From Patescibacteria group bacterium (GTDB lineage: Bacteria > Patescibacteriota > Patescibacteriia > 2-12-FULL-60-25): a stretch of DNA of 54,258 bases. The stretch's first letter is position 1, and every line of letters begins with the position of its first letter. Made by a program: the position numbers and the translations under genes. Where the stretch lies: contig JAHJSR010000101.1 in the NCBI GenBank assembly GCA_018830085.1, positions 1 through 54,258 of the forward strand. The letters run 5' to 3'. Under the pieces are notes generated by a model that saw nothing but the letters and a program-made list of their open reading frames with translations, ran no database searches and was not told the DNA's origin. This document shows, piece by piece, positions 18,207 through 25,989 of the stretch.

Positions 18207-18923
18207 ATGTACCTTCGACTCATCACAAACCAATCCACCGACAACGAAGTCATGTACGACGAAAGCGATGAAACACAAAGGGATTCACTAATTCCCGAAA
18301 AAGAAATCATGGCCACCGTTGTACCGCCGCAGGAGCGACCACGGATTTACATCCGTATCCAAACAGCTCTGGTGATTGGAATTACGGGCGTATTCGTTTC
18401 AATTTTGTTTTCGACACTGTTAGCCCAAGCCGGTCTGATTGCATCAGTACTCGGCACGAGCTTTTGTTGTTTTATCGGACTGCTGATCATCAATGTGATT
18501 GTCAAGCGCGAATACGACCTACACGCCCATCAACTCTTTCTCAAGAGTTCGATGTACGGCGAACCCAAAATGCCTCCCGAGCTACAAGTAATTCGCATGG
18601 GCTACTGGTTCCCAGAGGATAACCCCGAACAAGTATGCGTCGTAGCTGCCGCCACACACAAAATGTTCGACGGTGTCATTTGCGCCAATATTTGCTCAAG
18701 CTTGGCGCCCAAGGGTCACATGTACATTGTTATCAAGTCTTACTTTGACGAAGGGCGTAATGTGCTGGTTCTTGAACCAACAGACCGTGAGTCCTTGGCC
18801 AAACCTCGACACAACAAAATGCGGGAACTTCTCGCCGAGGAAAACCAAGAGCTGAAAATCACGCTCTACGGTGACAATGGCACACAAGCTCAACATAGCT
18901 TGTACAGATACAAAAGCATCTAG
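18207..18923 (+). CDS. hypothetical membrane protein (higher-GC cassette)
   Basis: The ATG at 18207 is preceded by AAGGAG (18196-18201). Two adjacent TM helices (IQTALVIGITGVFVSILFSTLL / LIASVLGTSFCCFIGLLIINVIV). Has its own terminator. GC is clearly above the neighbours. Confidence 0.6.
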   Translation: MYLRLITNQSTDNEVMYDESDETQRDSLIPEKEIMATVVPPQERPRIYIRIQTALVIGITGVFVSILFSTLLAQAGLIASVLGTSFCCFIGLLIINVIVKREYDLHAHQLFLKSSMYGEPKMPPELQVIRMGYWFPEDNPEQVCVVAAATHKMFDGVICANICSSLAPKGHMYIVIKSYFDEGRNVLVLEPTDRESLAKPRHNKMRELLAEENQELKITLYGDNGTQAQHSLYRYKSI

Positions 18924-18948
18924 GAACTCCTAGATGCTTATTTTTTTT
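18916..18948 (+). terminator. rho-independent terminator
   Basis: gcatctagg-aact-cctagatgc followed by ttatttttttt; overlaps the stop codon of the upstream gene. Confidence 0.8.
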
Positions 18949-18956
18949 ACTGAAAA

Positions 18957-19130
18957 TTACAATACTTGCTCACCACCCAACTCCTTATCAAGTTCTTTCC
19001 AATGCTTATATTGCGCTAATTGAGCTGGTGTCATATTTGCGCGTTGCATAAATGCTTCTTCTTGTGGAGTAAAATTCATCTCATTTGATGATTCTTGAGG
19101 TGTTGGCATTTGTTCTGCTGCACTATTCAT
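18957..19130 (-). CDS. possible small protein (57 aa), hypothetical
   Basis: ATG...TAA ORF below the ORF-track cutoff: MNSAAEQMPTPQESSNEMNFTPQEEAFMQRANMTPAQLAQYKHWKELDKELGGEQVL. It fills an otherwise empty 325-nt gap. No SD. Confidence 0.3.
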   Translation of the reverse strand: MNSAAEQMPTPQESSNEMNFTPQEEAFMQRANMTPAQLAQYKHWKELDKELGGEQVL

Positions 19131-19156
19131 AATATTATCTATAATAGTTAATAATT

Positions 19157-19181
19157 AATACCAAACCATAATACCAAACCA
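19157..19181. repeat. tandem direct repeat, 2 x AATACCAAACCA (13-nt period)
   Basis: Copies at 19157-19168 and 19170-19181, read directly; upstream of the small minus-strand ORF. Confidence 0.6.
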
Positions 19182-19218
19182 ACAGACCAATGTTAATTAT
19201 TAGTCAAGATTAGGCACC

Positions 19219-19246
19219 AAAAAACGGACCGAAGTCCGTTTTTTTT
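19219..19246 (-). terminator. rho-independent terminator of hppA (bidirectional shape)
   Basis: aaaaa-acggac-cgaa-gtccgt-ttttttt, 3 nt downstream of the hppA stop. Confidence 0.8.
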
Positions 19247-19248
19247 AT

Positions 19249-21240
19249 TTATATGAGCCAGCTAACTATTAACAGCGCAACGATATTTAATATTTTAATC
19301 ATCGGATTAATAGCCGGACCAGCAGTATCTTTGTACGGATCGCCAACCGTATCTCCGGTCACGGCTGCTTGATGAGCAAATGATCCCTTACCACCAAAAT
19401 TTCCTAACTCAATATATTTCTTAGCATTATCCCAAGCGCCACCACCCGATGTCATGGAAATTGCTACAAACAAACCAGTCACAATTGAACCAACCAACAA
19501 ACCACCTAAAGCAACTGGACCCAATACCAATCCAACAACAATTGGTGCCAACACTGGCAACAACGCAGGAACTATCATATTTTTTAGAGCACCCTTGGTA
19601 ACAATATCAACCGCCGTACCATACTCTGGTTTTTGTGAGCCATCCATAATTCCCGGCAATGCTTTAAACTGACGACGAACTTCCTCCACAACAGCACCAG
19701 CAGTTTTACCGACAGCTTCCATGGCAAAAGCACCAAAAAGATAAGGCAACAAACCACCTATAAACAAACCAACAATAACTTTTGGATCTTCCAAAATAAA
19801 ACTCAATGGCTTACCAAGATCTGCAAACTCTTGAGTATAAGAAGCAAACAAAACCAATGACGCCAATCCGGCTGAAGCAATAGCATAACCTTTTGTCACA
19901 GCTTTTGTTGTATTACCAACCGCATCCAAAGGATCTGTAATATTTCTTACTTCTTCTGGTAATTCTGCCATCTCAGCAATACCTCCAGCATTATCAGTGA
20001 TTGGACCATAAGCATCAATAGCAACAATTATTCCGGTTAAAGACAACATTGCCATTGCAGCAATTGCTATTCCATATAAACCAGCCAAAGAATATGCCCA
20101 CAAAATTGCCACAGCAATAATCAATACAGGTATAGCTGTTGACTTCATACTCACTGCCAAGCCAGCAATTACGTTTGTTCCATGACCAGTTTGTGATGCT
20201 TCTGCAATTGATTTAACAGGTTTGTATTTTGTTGATGTGTAATATTCTGTAATCCAAACCATGCCGACAGTTACAAACAAACCGATTAAACCACACTTGA
20301 ACATTTCATAAGCACCAACAACAGAACCTTCAGGGAAAAATGCTTGAGCGACAAACCAAAATGCTATCGCTGCCAAAACACCAGCCCAAATCAAACCCTT
20401 ATACAAAGCACCCATTATATTCTGTCCTTTTAGACGAATAAAGAAAGTACCTATTATGGATGTAATAATTGATACACCGCCAATTACCAAAGGAAACAAA
20501 ACTGCATTGGCATTATCTTTAAATAATAAAGTTCCAAGCAACATAGCTGCAACAGCAGTTACAACATAAGTTTCATACAAGTCCGCTGCCATGCCTGCCG
20601 TATCACCCACATTATCACCCACATTATCCGCAATCACAGCCGGATTACGTGGATCATCTTCCGGTATGCCCGCTTCTACCTTACCAACCAAATCAGCTCC
20701 CACATCAGCAGCCTTGGTAAAAATACCACCACCCAATCTGGAGAACAGTGAAATCAAAGATCCACCAAAACCAATACCAACCAAAGCTTTAACATCACCT
20801 GTAATTGCATAAAAACCAGCCACACCCAACAAAGCTGCACCAACAACAAATAGACCTGTAACTGTTCCGCCTTTTACAGCCACTTCCATAGCTTCTTTCA
20901 TCCCTTTTTTTGCTGCTTCTGCGGTTCTAACATTTGCCTTTACTGCTACACTCATACCAACATATCCAGCTAAACCAGATAACACAGCACCAACAAAAAA
21001 ACCTAACGCCATGTTGGATCCAAGAGTAAACCACAAAGCAAAAAAGATAACAGCTCCAATAATACCAATCACTTTAAATTGACGTGCTAAATATGCTTTT
21101 GCACCCTCCTGAATCGCCTTAGCAATTTCCACCATCTTACCTTCACCGGGGCTTTTTGCTAAAACCCAGCTCACAAGATAACCACCCCAACCTAGCGCAA
21201 TTAGCGCAGAAATAAGGGCAAAAATCAGATAACTATTCAT
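19249..21240 (-). CDS. hppA: membrane-bound proton/sodium-translocating pyrophosphatase
   Basis: About 15 TM helices. Signature [34 protein letters not shown] and [13 protein letters not shown]. Confidence 0.95.
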   Translation of the reverse strand: MNSYLIFALISALIALGWGGYLVSWVLAKSPGEGKMVEIAKAIQEGAKAYLARQFKVIGIIGAVIFFALWFTLGSNMALGFFVGAVLSGLAGYVGMSVAVKANVRTAEAAKKGMKEAMEVAVKGGTVTGLFVVGAALLGVAGFYAITGDVKALVGIGFGGSLISLFSRLGGGIFTKAADVGADLVGKVEAGIPEDDPRNPAVIADNVGDNVGDTAGMAADLYETYVVTAVAAMLLGTLLFKDNANAVLFPLVIGGVSIITSIIGTFFIRLKGQNIMGALYKGLIWAGVLAAIAFWFVAQAFFPEGSVVGAYEMFKCGLIGLFVTVGMVWITEYYTSTKYKPVKSIAEASQTGHGTNVIAGLAVSMKSTAIPVLIIAVAILWAYSLAGLYGIAIAAMAMLSLTGIIVAIDAYGPITDNAGGIAEMAELPEEVRNITDPLDAVGNTTKAVTKGYAIASAGLASLVLFASYTQEFADLGKPLSFILEDPKVIVGLFIGGLLPYLFGAFAMEAVGKTAGAVVEEVRRQFKALPGIMDGSQKPEYGTAVDIVTKGALKNMIVPALLPVLAPIVVGLVLGPVALGGLLVGSIVTGLFVAISMTSGGGAWDNAKKYIELGNFGGKGSFAHQAAVTGDTVGDPYKDTAGPAINPMIKILNIVALLIVSWLI

Positions 21241-21311
21241 ACTTAATAAGTTAACAATAAAAAAATTAATTTCTTAGAATGAGTAAATAATAGGTAAATA
21301 AAGCTAAATTG

Positions 21312-22244
21312 TCAACTATTTAACCATTTCTCAAATTCCCCCTCTGCCTCTGACACCGAACTAAATCCAGTCACTTCAAGTAACGCCGCTCTAAACTGTG
21401 CAGCCTCCCACTTATGAGCAAATTCACTAACTTGACGCATCTCTTCGGCCGACAAACTACCCTTGCGCAAAACATCTACCACTCCTTTTTGATACAACTG
21501 ATAACCTGCATGCAAACCGGGTTTTAAATCAGCCGGAACTTTTGCCGCTTTTGTGGATGTCCTCCTGCTTGTCGATGGTGACTTCCTCATTAAATCAATC
21601 ATAGCGTCCTGCCCCTTGGCTTCCCTTATCCATAACAACAGTGCAGCACCTACAATATATTCAGCGCTTTTTAATTCTTCTTTCTTCAAATGACTCACCG
21701 GATGTTCCAAATCCATACAGCGATCATAAATATCCGATTGCTCCTCTTTTAAAGATAATATTTCCGCTTTTATTGTTTTGATCAACTCAATCAAACTCGG
21801 AGTCTCTTCTGTCCCTAAACGCTCCACCATAGCCGCCCAACCTTCATCAATTAATCTTATTGCCGCCTGATGCCGTAAACCCGTAACCGACCACATCGCC
21901 AAATGAGCCAACTCATGTTTAAAAACCTGCTCCATACCCGGATAATCTATTCCTCTGGATCTTAATTCTCTCTCATACTCTTCCTGTATCTCTTTGGCTC
22001 TAAACCTTTCATCAAAAACGACCTCAGCATCAATCTCTGTAACAATTCCTGTTTTTCCCAACTCAAGCTCAGCCTCGTCAGACTCCACAAACTTCTCTTT
22101 AATATTAGGCAACGTCCAACCTCTTACACCCAAAATAGCTAACGATTGTGCCAAATCGTAAACTGCCTTTTCAGCAACGTCCATCCTTTCCGGACAAAAT
22201 AATTTAAATTCTTTTCTTTCCTGATTAGCAATATTCTCCATCAT
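21312..22244 (-). CDS. hypothetical protein with HExxH zinc-metallopeptidase motif
   Basis: FKHELAHLAMW with a downstream IDEGW (possible third ligand). No signal peptide. ATG pair at 22244/22241; the 22289 start is TTG. Confidence 0.55.
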   Translation of the reverse strand: MMENIANQERKEFKLFCPERMDVAEKAVYDLAQSLAILGVRGWTLPNIKEKFVESDEAELELGKTGIVTEIDAEVVFDERFRAKEIQEEYERELRSRGIDYPGMEQVFKHELAHLAMWSVTGLRHQAAIRLIDEGWAAMVERLGTEETPSLIELIKTIKAEILSLKEEQSDIYDRCMDLEHPVSHLKKEELKSAEYIVGAALLLWIREAKGQDAMIDLMRKSPSTSRRTSTKAAKVPADLKPGLHAGYQLYQKGVVDVLRKGSLSAEEMRQVSEFAHKWEAAQFRAALLEVTGFSSVSEAEGEFEKWLNS

Positions 22245-22285
22245 ATTGTGATTATAATAATCACTGGTAATCAAAATTACAACAA

Positions 22286-22309
22286 ACAAAAAACCGTTTT
22301 GTTTAACGG
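22286..22309 (-). terminator. rho-independent terminator of the GC-rich lipoprotein cassette
   Basis: Minus strand reads ccgtt-aaacaa-aacgg-tttttt, immediately after the TAG stop at 22310-22312. Confidence 0.6.
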
Positions 22310-22762
22310 CTAGTAGATGTCGACCTGAGCCACATCATCAGTCCGATCCGTAAAGATGACCGTGGTCTCCTGTCTTGGATAGACTTCGTACACACAAGGT
22401 ACCCTCGAATCCCCAGAGTCACAGTACACATCCTCCGCAAAGGGAACCGCGTACAAATGTATGCGACAATACTCCGTCGAGCAGTCACGAGATTCTTCAA
22501 CGGCCAAGCAGGCATCATATCCCGGAGGGATCAGAGCCACATCACGATTGTAGTCATAGTCGTAGCCAGTGATCCAACCGTCAGCACTGTCATCACAATA
22601 GCTCACCACCTGGTAACCCTCGTATTCGATAGCCATGTAGTCATAGCTGTAGTTGGTGAAATTCACGTAACCAACTACTCCATCATCAACCTGACAACCG
22701 CTGATAACCAAACCAACTAGCACTACTATCAACGCACCGAGTGTTGCTTGCACCTTGCTCAT
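22310..22762 (-). CDS. hypothetical lipoprotein, Tyr/Asp/Cys-rich (higher-GC cassette)
   Basis: SD AAGGAGG upstream of the ATG. Signal peptide with lipobox VISGC. A hand count of 22441-22500 gives 29/60 GC, against about 15-20/60 in the flanking genes. Confidence 0.65.
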   Translation of the reverse strand: MSKVQATLGALIVVLVGLVISGCQVDDGVVGYVNFTNYSYDYMAIEYEGYQVVSYCDDSADGWITGYDYDYNRDVALIPPGYDACLAVEESRDCSTEYCRIHLYAVPFAEDVYCDSGDSRVPCVYEVYPRQETTVIFTDRTDDVAQVDIY

Positions 22763-22830
22763 CTCCGCCTCCTTTTAGACAACAAAGAACGCCCTCTTAT
22801 TTAAAAGAAGACCATGTTTTTATCAATGCG

Positions 22831-23922
22831 TCAAATACTAGATCCTATAATATTTTTTAAATCATCCAAACCAATACCATCTTTGCAGGATACAAAAACT
22901 GGCTTAAATTCTTTATATTTCTTTCTTAAACTAACTTTTGGTATTCGTTTTAAATTATCAATTTTATTAAAAACGTAAATCTTAGGCGTTTCCGCAGCAT
23001 CCAAGGCAACTAATACTTCTTCAACCTCTTCTATCTTTTCACTCATGTACGGATCCGAAGCATCAATAACATGCAATATCAAATCAGCATGTACAGTCTC
23101 TTCAAGAGTGGATTTAAAAGCTTGAATCAATTGCGGAGGCAAATCCTGAATAAAACCAATTGTATCAGACAACAAAACTTGTTGTTCAACTTCCGGCAGC
23201 CAAAGTTTGGAAACTCGCGTATCCAAAGTTGCAAACAACTCATCTGCAACATAAGCGCCTTTTTTTGTGAGCACGTTTAATAAAGACGACTTACCCGCAT
23301 TTGTATAACCCACGATGGAAACCGTTTTAAAACCCAACCTCTGTCGCCTGTCACGATGCAGACTGCGAGTATTACTATATTTACCAATCTGTTTTTTAAT
23401 CGTTCGTTCCTCTTCTGCCAAATGCCTTTTCATCTGTTCAATATTTGTTTCACCGCTTCCGCGCGTGCCGATTCCACCAGCTTGCTGCGATAACTCCAAA
23501 CCCATCCTATATATACGAGGACCCATGTGACGTATTCCAGCCAATCTGATTTGCAACTTAGCCTCGGTTGTATCCGCATGCTTTTGAAAAATCTTTAAAA
23601 TAAGATCGATCCTATCCCAAACTTTAATCCCCTTCCTCTCCACCATTCTCTCAATATTAAAAATCTGATGAGGCTTTAATAAATTATTTATGATAATAAT
23701 ATCCACCTTCTCTAACTCAGCCAGCTCTACAACCTCTTGCAACTTCCCTGGTCCAATATAAGTTTTATAATCCGGCGTCACTCTCTTTTGAATAACTTTT
23801 ACAACAATCATTCCGCCATAAGTATGCGTAAGAGATTCCAACTCAAACAACCGCCTCTTAGCTTCCTCAGGTTTTGTGTGCGACGATATTACATCAATTA
23901 AAATTACTCGTGGATTTCCCAT
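22831..23922 (-). CDS. hflX: GTPase HflX
   Basis: HflX N-domain, then G1 GYTNAGKSSLLN, DTIGFI and NKID. ATG at 23922 (MGNPRVILIDV...); the ORF track extends to 23961. Confidence 0.9.
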   Translation of the reverse strand: MGNPRVILIDVISSHTKPEEAKRRLFELESLTHTYGGMIVVKVIQKRVTPDYKTYIGPGKLQEVVELAELEKVDIIIINNLLKPHQIFNIERMVERKGIKVWDRIDLILKIFQKHADTTEAKLQIRLAGIRHMGPRIYRMGLELSQQAGGIGTRGSGETNIEQMKRHLAEEERTIKKQIGKYSNTRSLHRDRRQRLGFKTVSIVGYTNAGKSSLLNVLTKKGAYVADELFATLDTRVSKLWLPEVEQQVLLSDTIGFIQDLPPQLIQAFKSTLEETVHADLILHVIDASDPYMSEKIEEVEEVLVALDAAETPKIYVFNKIDNLKRIPKVSLRKKYKEFKPVFVSCKDGIGLDDLKNIIGSSI

Positions 23923-23992
23923 AGCTATACTGTAAACGCGAAACCAAAAACTGACAACCATTATTCACCAATCCGTAATTCGTAGGTAAAAG

Positions 23993-24017
23993 AAAAACCG
24001 CGTACAAGTGCACGCAG
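23993..24017 (-). terminator. terminator of pentapeptide cassette A
   Basis: Minus strand reads ctgcgt-gcacttgt-acgcgg-tttttctttt. Nearly identical to the element at 24721-24747. Confidence 0.6.
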
Positions 24018-24055
24018 CTGATAGACCTTTCTGACAACAGCAAACTCAACTATCA

Positions 24056-24547
24056 TCAACCAAGCGAATCTCGAATAGTCGCCAAAATCAATTCCACAGT
24101 AGTCGACTTCAAACCTTTTGCGCCGGCAATGTTGACACACCACCAGTTAACGCCAATGGTTCTCGCTTCTGCAAAAAGCGCTTCAGCAAGACACGCCAAA
24201 GTGAAATTTGCCCAGGAGAGATCCGCTTTGGAAAGATCCGCTCCTGAGAGATCCGCTTCGGAAAGATCCGCTCGTGAGAGATCCGCTCCTTTGAGATTTG
24301 CGTTGGAAAGATCCGCTCCTGAGAGATCCGCTCCTGAGAGATTTGCGTTGGAAAGATTTGCGTTGGAAAGATTCCCATAGAAAAAATCCACATGAGAAAG
24401 ATCCTGTCTATTCAAGTCCGGTTTCCACGCCGGATGTGCTTCACGCATCGCGTTCCACTTCTCAACCCCCTCGGGTCCGCTCTTCAGCATCGCCACACAT
24501 TCCTCGACACTCGGCGAAGTCCACTCGCTCTTATTTTCGTCGCTCAT
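24056..24547 (-). CDS. pentapeptide repeat protein (paralog A)
   Basis: About 12 consecutive A(D/N)LSx pentads (ANLSNANLSGADLSGADLSNANLKGADLSRADLSEADLSGADLSKADLSWANF). ATG at 24547 with a GAGGAG SD; the 24592 start is TTG. Confidence 0.85.
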   Translation of the reverse strand: MSDENKSEWTSPSVEECVAMLKSGPEGVEKWNAMREAHPAWKPDLNRQDLSHVDFFYGNLSNANLSNANLSGADLSGADLSNANLKGADLSRADLSEADLSGADLSKADLSWANFTLACLAEALFAEARTIGVNWWCVNIAGAKGLKSTTVELILATIRDSLG

Positions 24548-24611
24548 CTCACATCTCCTCGCTCTTTCGAGCTTGTAATTGTACGTTCTCAAGTTAATTC
24601 AAGAATGTCTT

Positions 24612-24640
24612 ATTTAAGCAGAAAAAGAGGGGGGTGTCAA
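24612..24640 (-). promoter_or_regulatory. putative sigma-70-type promoter of cassette A
   Basis: Minus strand: TTGACA (24640-24635), 17 nt, TTAAAT (24617-24612). The -35 context GGGTGTCAAT is shared with cassette B. Confidence 0.4.
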
Positions 24641-24720
24641 TAGCGGCACAACCCCTAAATCCCCTTATCAGGGGACTTGTAATCAAGTTAATTTGAGCGA
24701 AAATCAAGGTTCAGACAATA

Positions 24721-24747
24721 AATAAAACCGCGTACGAGTGCACGCGG
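24721..24747 (-). terminator. terminator of pentapeptide cassette B
   Basis: Minus strand reads ccgcgt-gcactcgt-acgcgg-ttttatttatt (perfect 6-bp stem). Confidence 0.65.
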
Positions 24748-24768
24748 CTGGTAACCAAACATGAAAGA

Positions 24769-25287
24769 TCAATCAACAAATTCAAGAGAAGCTATAAATG
24801 TGGCCATACAAATTTCTGCGTCTGCACGGCGCATGCCTTTAGCATGTGCAATATTCGCACACCACCAATTCACCCCACAAACTTTTGCTTTACTGAAAAT
24901 AGCCCCTTGCAAATCCGCATCCGTAAGATTGGCTCTACTAAGATCCGCATCCGTAAGATTGGCCTCAGCCAAAACAGCCCCAATTAAAACCGTACCCCTA
25001 AGAACAGCGCCCGATAGATTTGCCCCAGAAAGATCTGCGCCTCTGAGATCAGCCCCACTTAGGACAGCCCCCGAAAGGTCCGCGCTCTTAAGATAGACCT
25101 CAATCAAGTAAGCTTCTCTGAGATCAGCTCCTCTGAAATCCGGCTTCCACTTGGGGTGTTTCTTCATGAGCTTCTTCAGCTCCAATGCACCATCCTGACC
25201 GCTATTCAAAAGCTGTACAAGCTGCACTGTCGATGGGGCTCTCCACTTTGATTCTTTCACTTTCCTCATCATTTTCTCCATGCTCAT
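24769..25287 (-). CDS. pentapeptide repeat protein (paralog B)
   Basis: ADLSGAVLSGADLRGADLSGANLSGAVLRG...ANLTDADLSRANLTDADLQGAIF. Shares the N-cap (W..PS...L.SG....HP.WKPD) and C-terminal GVNWWC.NIA.AKG with paralog A. The start is ambiguous (ATG at 25287, 25281 or 25272; the 25308 start is TTG). Confidence 0.85.
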   Translation of the reverse strand: MSMEKMMRKVKESKWRAPSTVQLVQLLNSGQDGALELKKLMKKHPKWKPDFRGADLREAYLIEVYLKSADLSGAVLSGADLRGADLSGANLSGAVLRGTVLIGAVLAEANLTDADLSRANLTDADLQGAIFSKAKVCGVNWWCANIAHAKGMRRADAEICMATFIASLEFVD

Positions 25288-25334
25288 TTGAGAGCTTATC
25301 ATGACCAATCTTCAAGAATGCAAGAATTTCTATA

Positions 25335-25362
25335 ATTAAACAAATAAAAAGCTGGGTGTCAA
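25335..25362 (-). promoter_or_regulatory. putative promoter of cassette B
   Basis: Minus strand: TTGACA (25362-25357), 16 nt, TTTAAT (25340-25335). Confidence 0.35.
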
Positions 25363-25397
25363 TCACTAAACCCAACTTAACTCTACAAAAAACTAAC

Positions 25398-25853
25398 TTA
25401 ATTAAAAAAATAAATTAAAATCGTAGCCAAAATACCAAACCCAAAACCACCTGCAACATCAACCACATCATGTGCTCTAAGCCACACACGCGACCATCCC
25501 ATAATAAAAGGCCAAGAGATAAACAAGTAACTCCACCAACGCAATTCGGGAATCAACATTATCCATGCTGCAATCATAAACGCCGCCACAGTATGTGAAC
25601 TCGGAAAAGAGTAACCATAAGCTTTAACCTTTACTTCTTCACCGCGTTGTACAGGCCTTTTGCGTTTAAAAATAAATTTTATTAATTCACTGGTTATCGT
25701 AGGAATAAATATCCAAATAAAAAAGAACAGCAACTTATCTTTTGGAATAGGAGAAATAAAATACACTAATAAAGTAACCGAAATAATCCCCCACCAAGAT
25801 CCAATCATGCTTATCACATGTGCAAATAATGTTCTTTTAGTACCTTTAGACAT
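25398..25853 (-). CDS. PAP2 family phosphatase (BcrC/PgpB-like, candidate undecaprenyl-PP phosphatase)
   Basis: The three PAP2 motifs: KRKRP, PSSHT and SRVWLRAHDVVDV. 4-5 TM helices. Confidence 0.85.
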   Translation of the reverse strand: MSKGTKRTLFAHVISMIGSWWGIISVTLLVYFISPIPKDKLLFFFIWIFIPTITSELIKFIFKRKRPVQRGEEVKVKAYGYSFPSSHTVAAFMIAAWIMLIPELRWWSYLFISWPFIMGWSRVWLRAHDVVDVAGGFGFGILATILIYFFN

Positions 25854-25855
25854 AC

Positions 25856-25888
25856 ATTACGAATTACGAATCTGCGCAAATTACGAAT
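25856..25888. repeat. three direct copies of ATTACGAAT immediately upstream of the PAP2 start codon
   Basis: Copies at 25856-25864, 25863-25871 and 25880-25888, read directly. The first begins 3 nt from the ATG at 25851-25853. Confidence 0.7.
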
Positions 25889-25931
25889 TAGCAATTCTAG
25901 CTTACTAAGTATAACTTATTTAACGAATATA

Positions 25932-25960
25932 TAAAAAGAATCGAGCATCGCTCGACTCTA
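25932..25960 (-). terminator. terminator of the beta-propeller gene
   Basis: Minus strand reads agagtcgagc-gat-gctcgattct-ttttatat (one mismatch in the extended stem). Confidence 0.65.
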
Positions 25961-25963
25961 ACT

Positions 25964-25979
25964 ATTCGTTATTCGTAAT
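25964..25979. repeat. inverted copies of the ATTACGAAT motif (ATTCGTtATTCGTAAT)
   Basis: Reverse complement of the 25856-25888 repeat unit. Together the two arrays bracket the terminator hairpin. Confidence 0.6.
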
Positions 25980-25989
25980 TCAAATTAGT

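Larger units (their letters stand above)
23993..25362 (-). repeat. tandem duplication of a complete promoter-PRP gene-terminator cassette (2 units, about 730-bp period)
   Basis: Unit A is 23993-24640 and unit B is 24723-25362. Shared elements: the terminator (aaaaccgcgtacRagtgcacgcRgctg), the 5'-UTR decamer TTCAAGAATG (24598-24607 / 25311-25320), and the -35 context GGGTGTCAAT. Confidence 0.8.

Noticed and set aside
19454-20812. Plus-strand ORFs (72 and 73 aa) inside hppA, plus similar shadow ORFs inside nifU, gpsA, the a2M gene, the ABC/HlyD genes and the permease gene.
   Set aside because: All lie fully within strongly supported genes on the opposite strand or in another frame. Their composition is biased (Pro/Thr/Ala-rich antisense of membrane helices) and they lack start signals.
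23974-23984. CGTAATTCGTA near the hflX upstream region as a boundary repeat pairing with 25964-25979, which would flank the PRP-PRP-PAP2 block as an inserted island.
   Set aside because: The shared core is only about 8-11 nt of AT-rich sequence, there is no recombinase, and PAP2 has backbone-like composition. The evidence is insufficient for an island boundary.
24109-25096. Several ORFs of 83-111 aa on both strands inside the pentapeptide genes (24109-24393, 24129-24380, 24298-24597, 24392-24643, 24761-25096).
   Set aside because: They are frame or antisense shadows of the 15-nt periodic A(D/N)LSx coding repeat. Their translations are low-complexity (ERSAPERSA..., KDPLLRDPLL...), and none has an independent start context.
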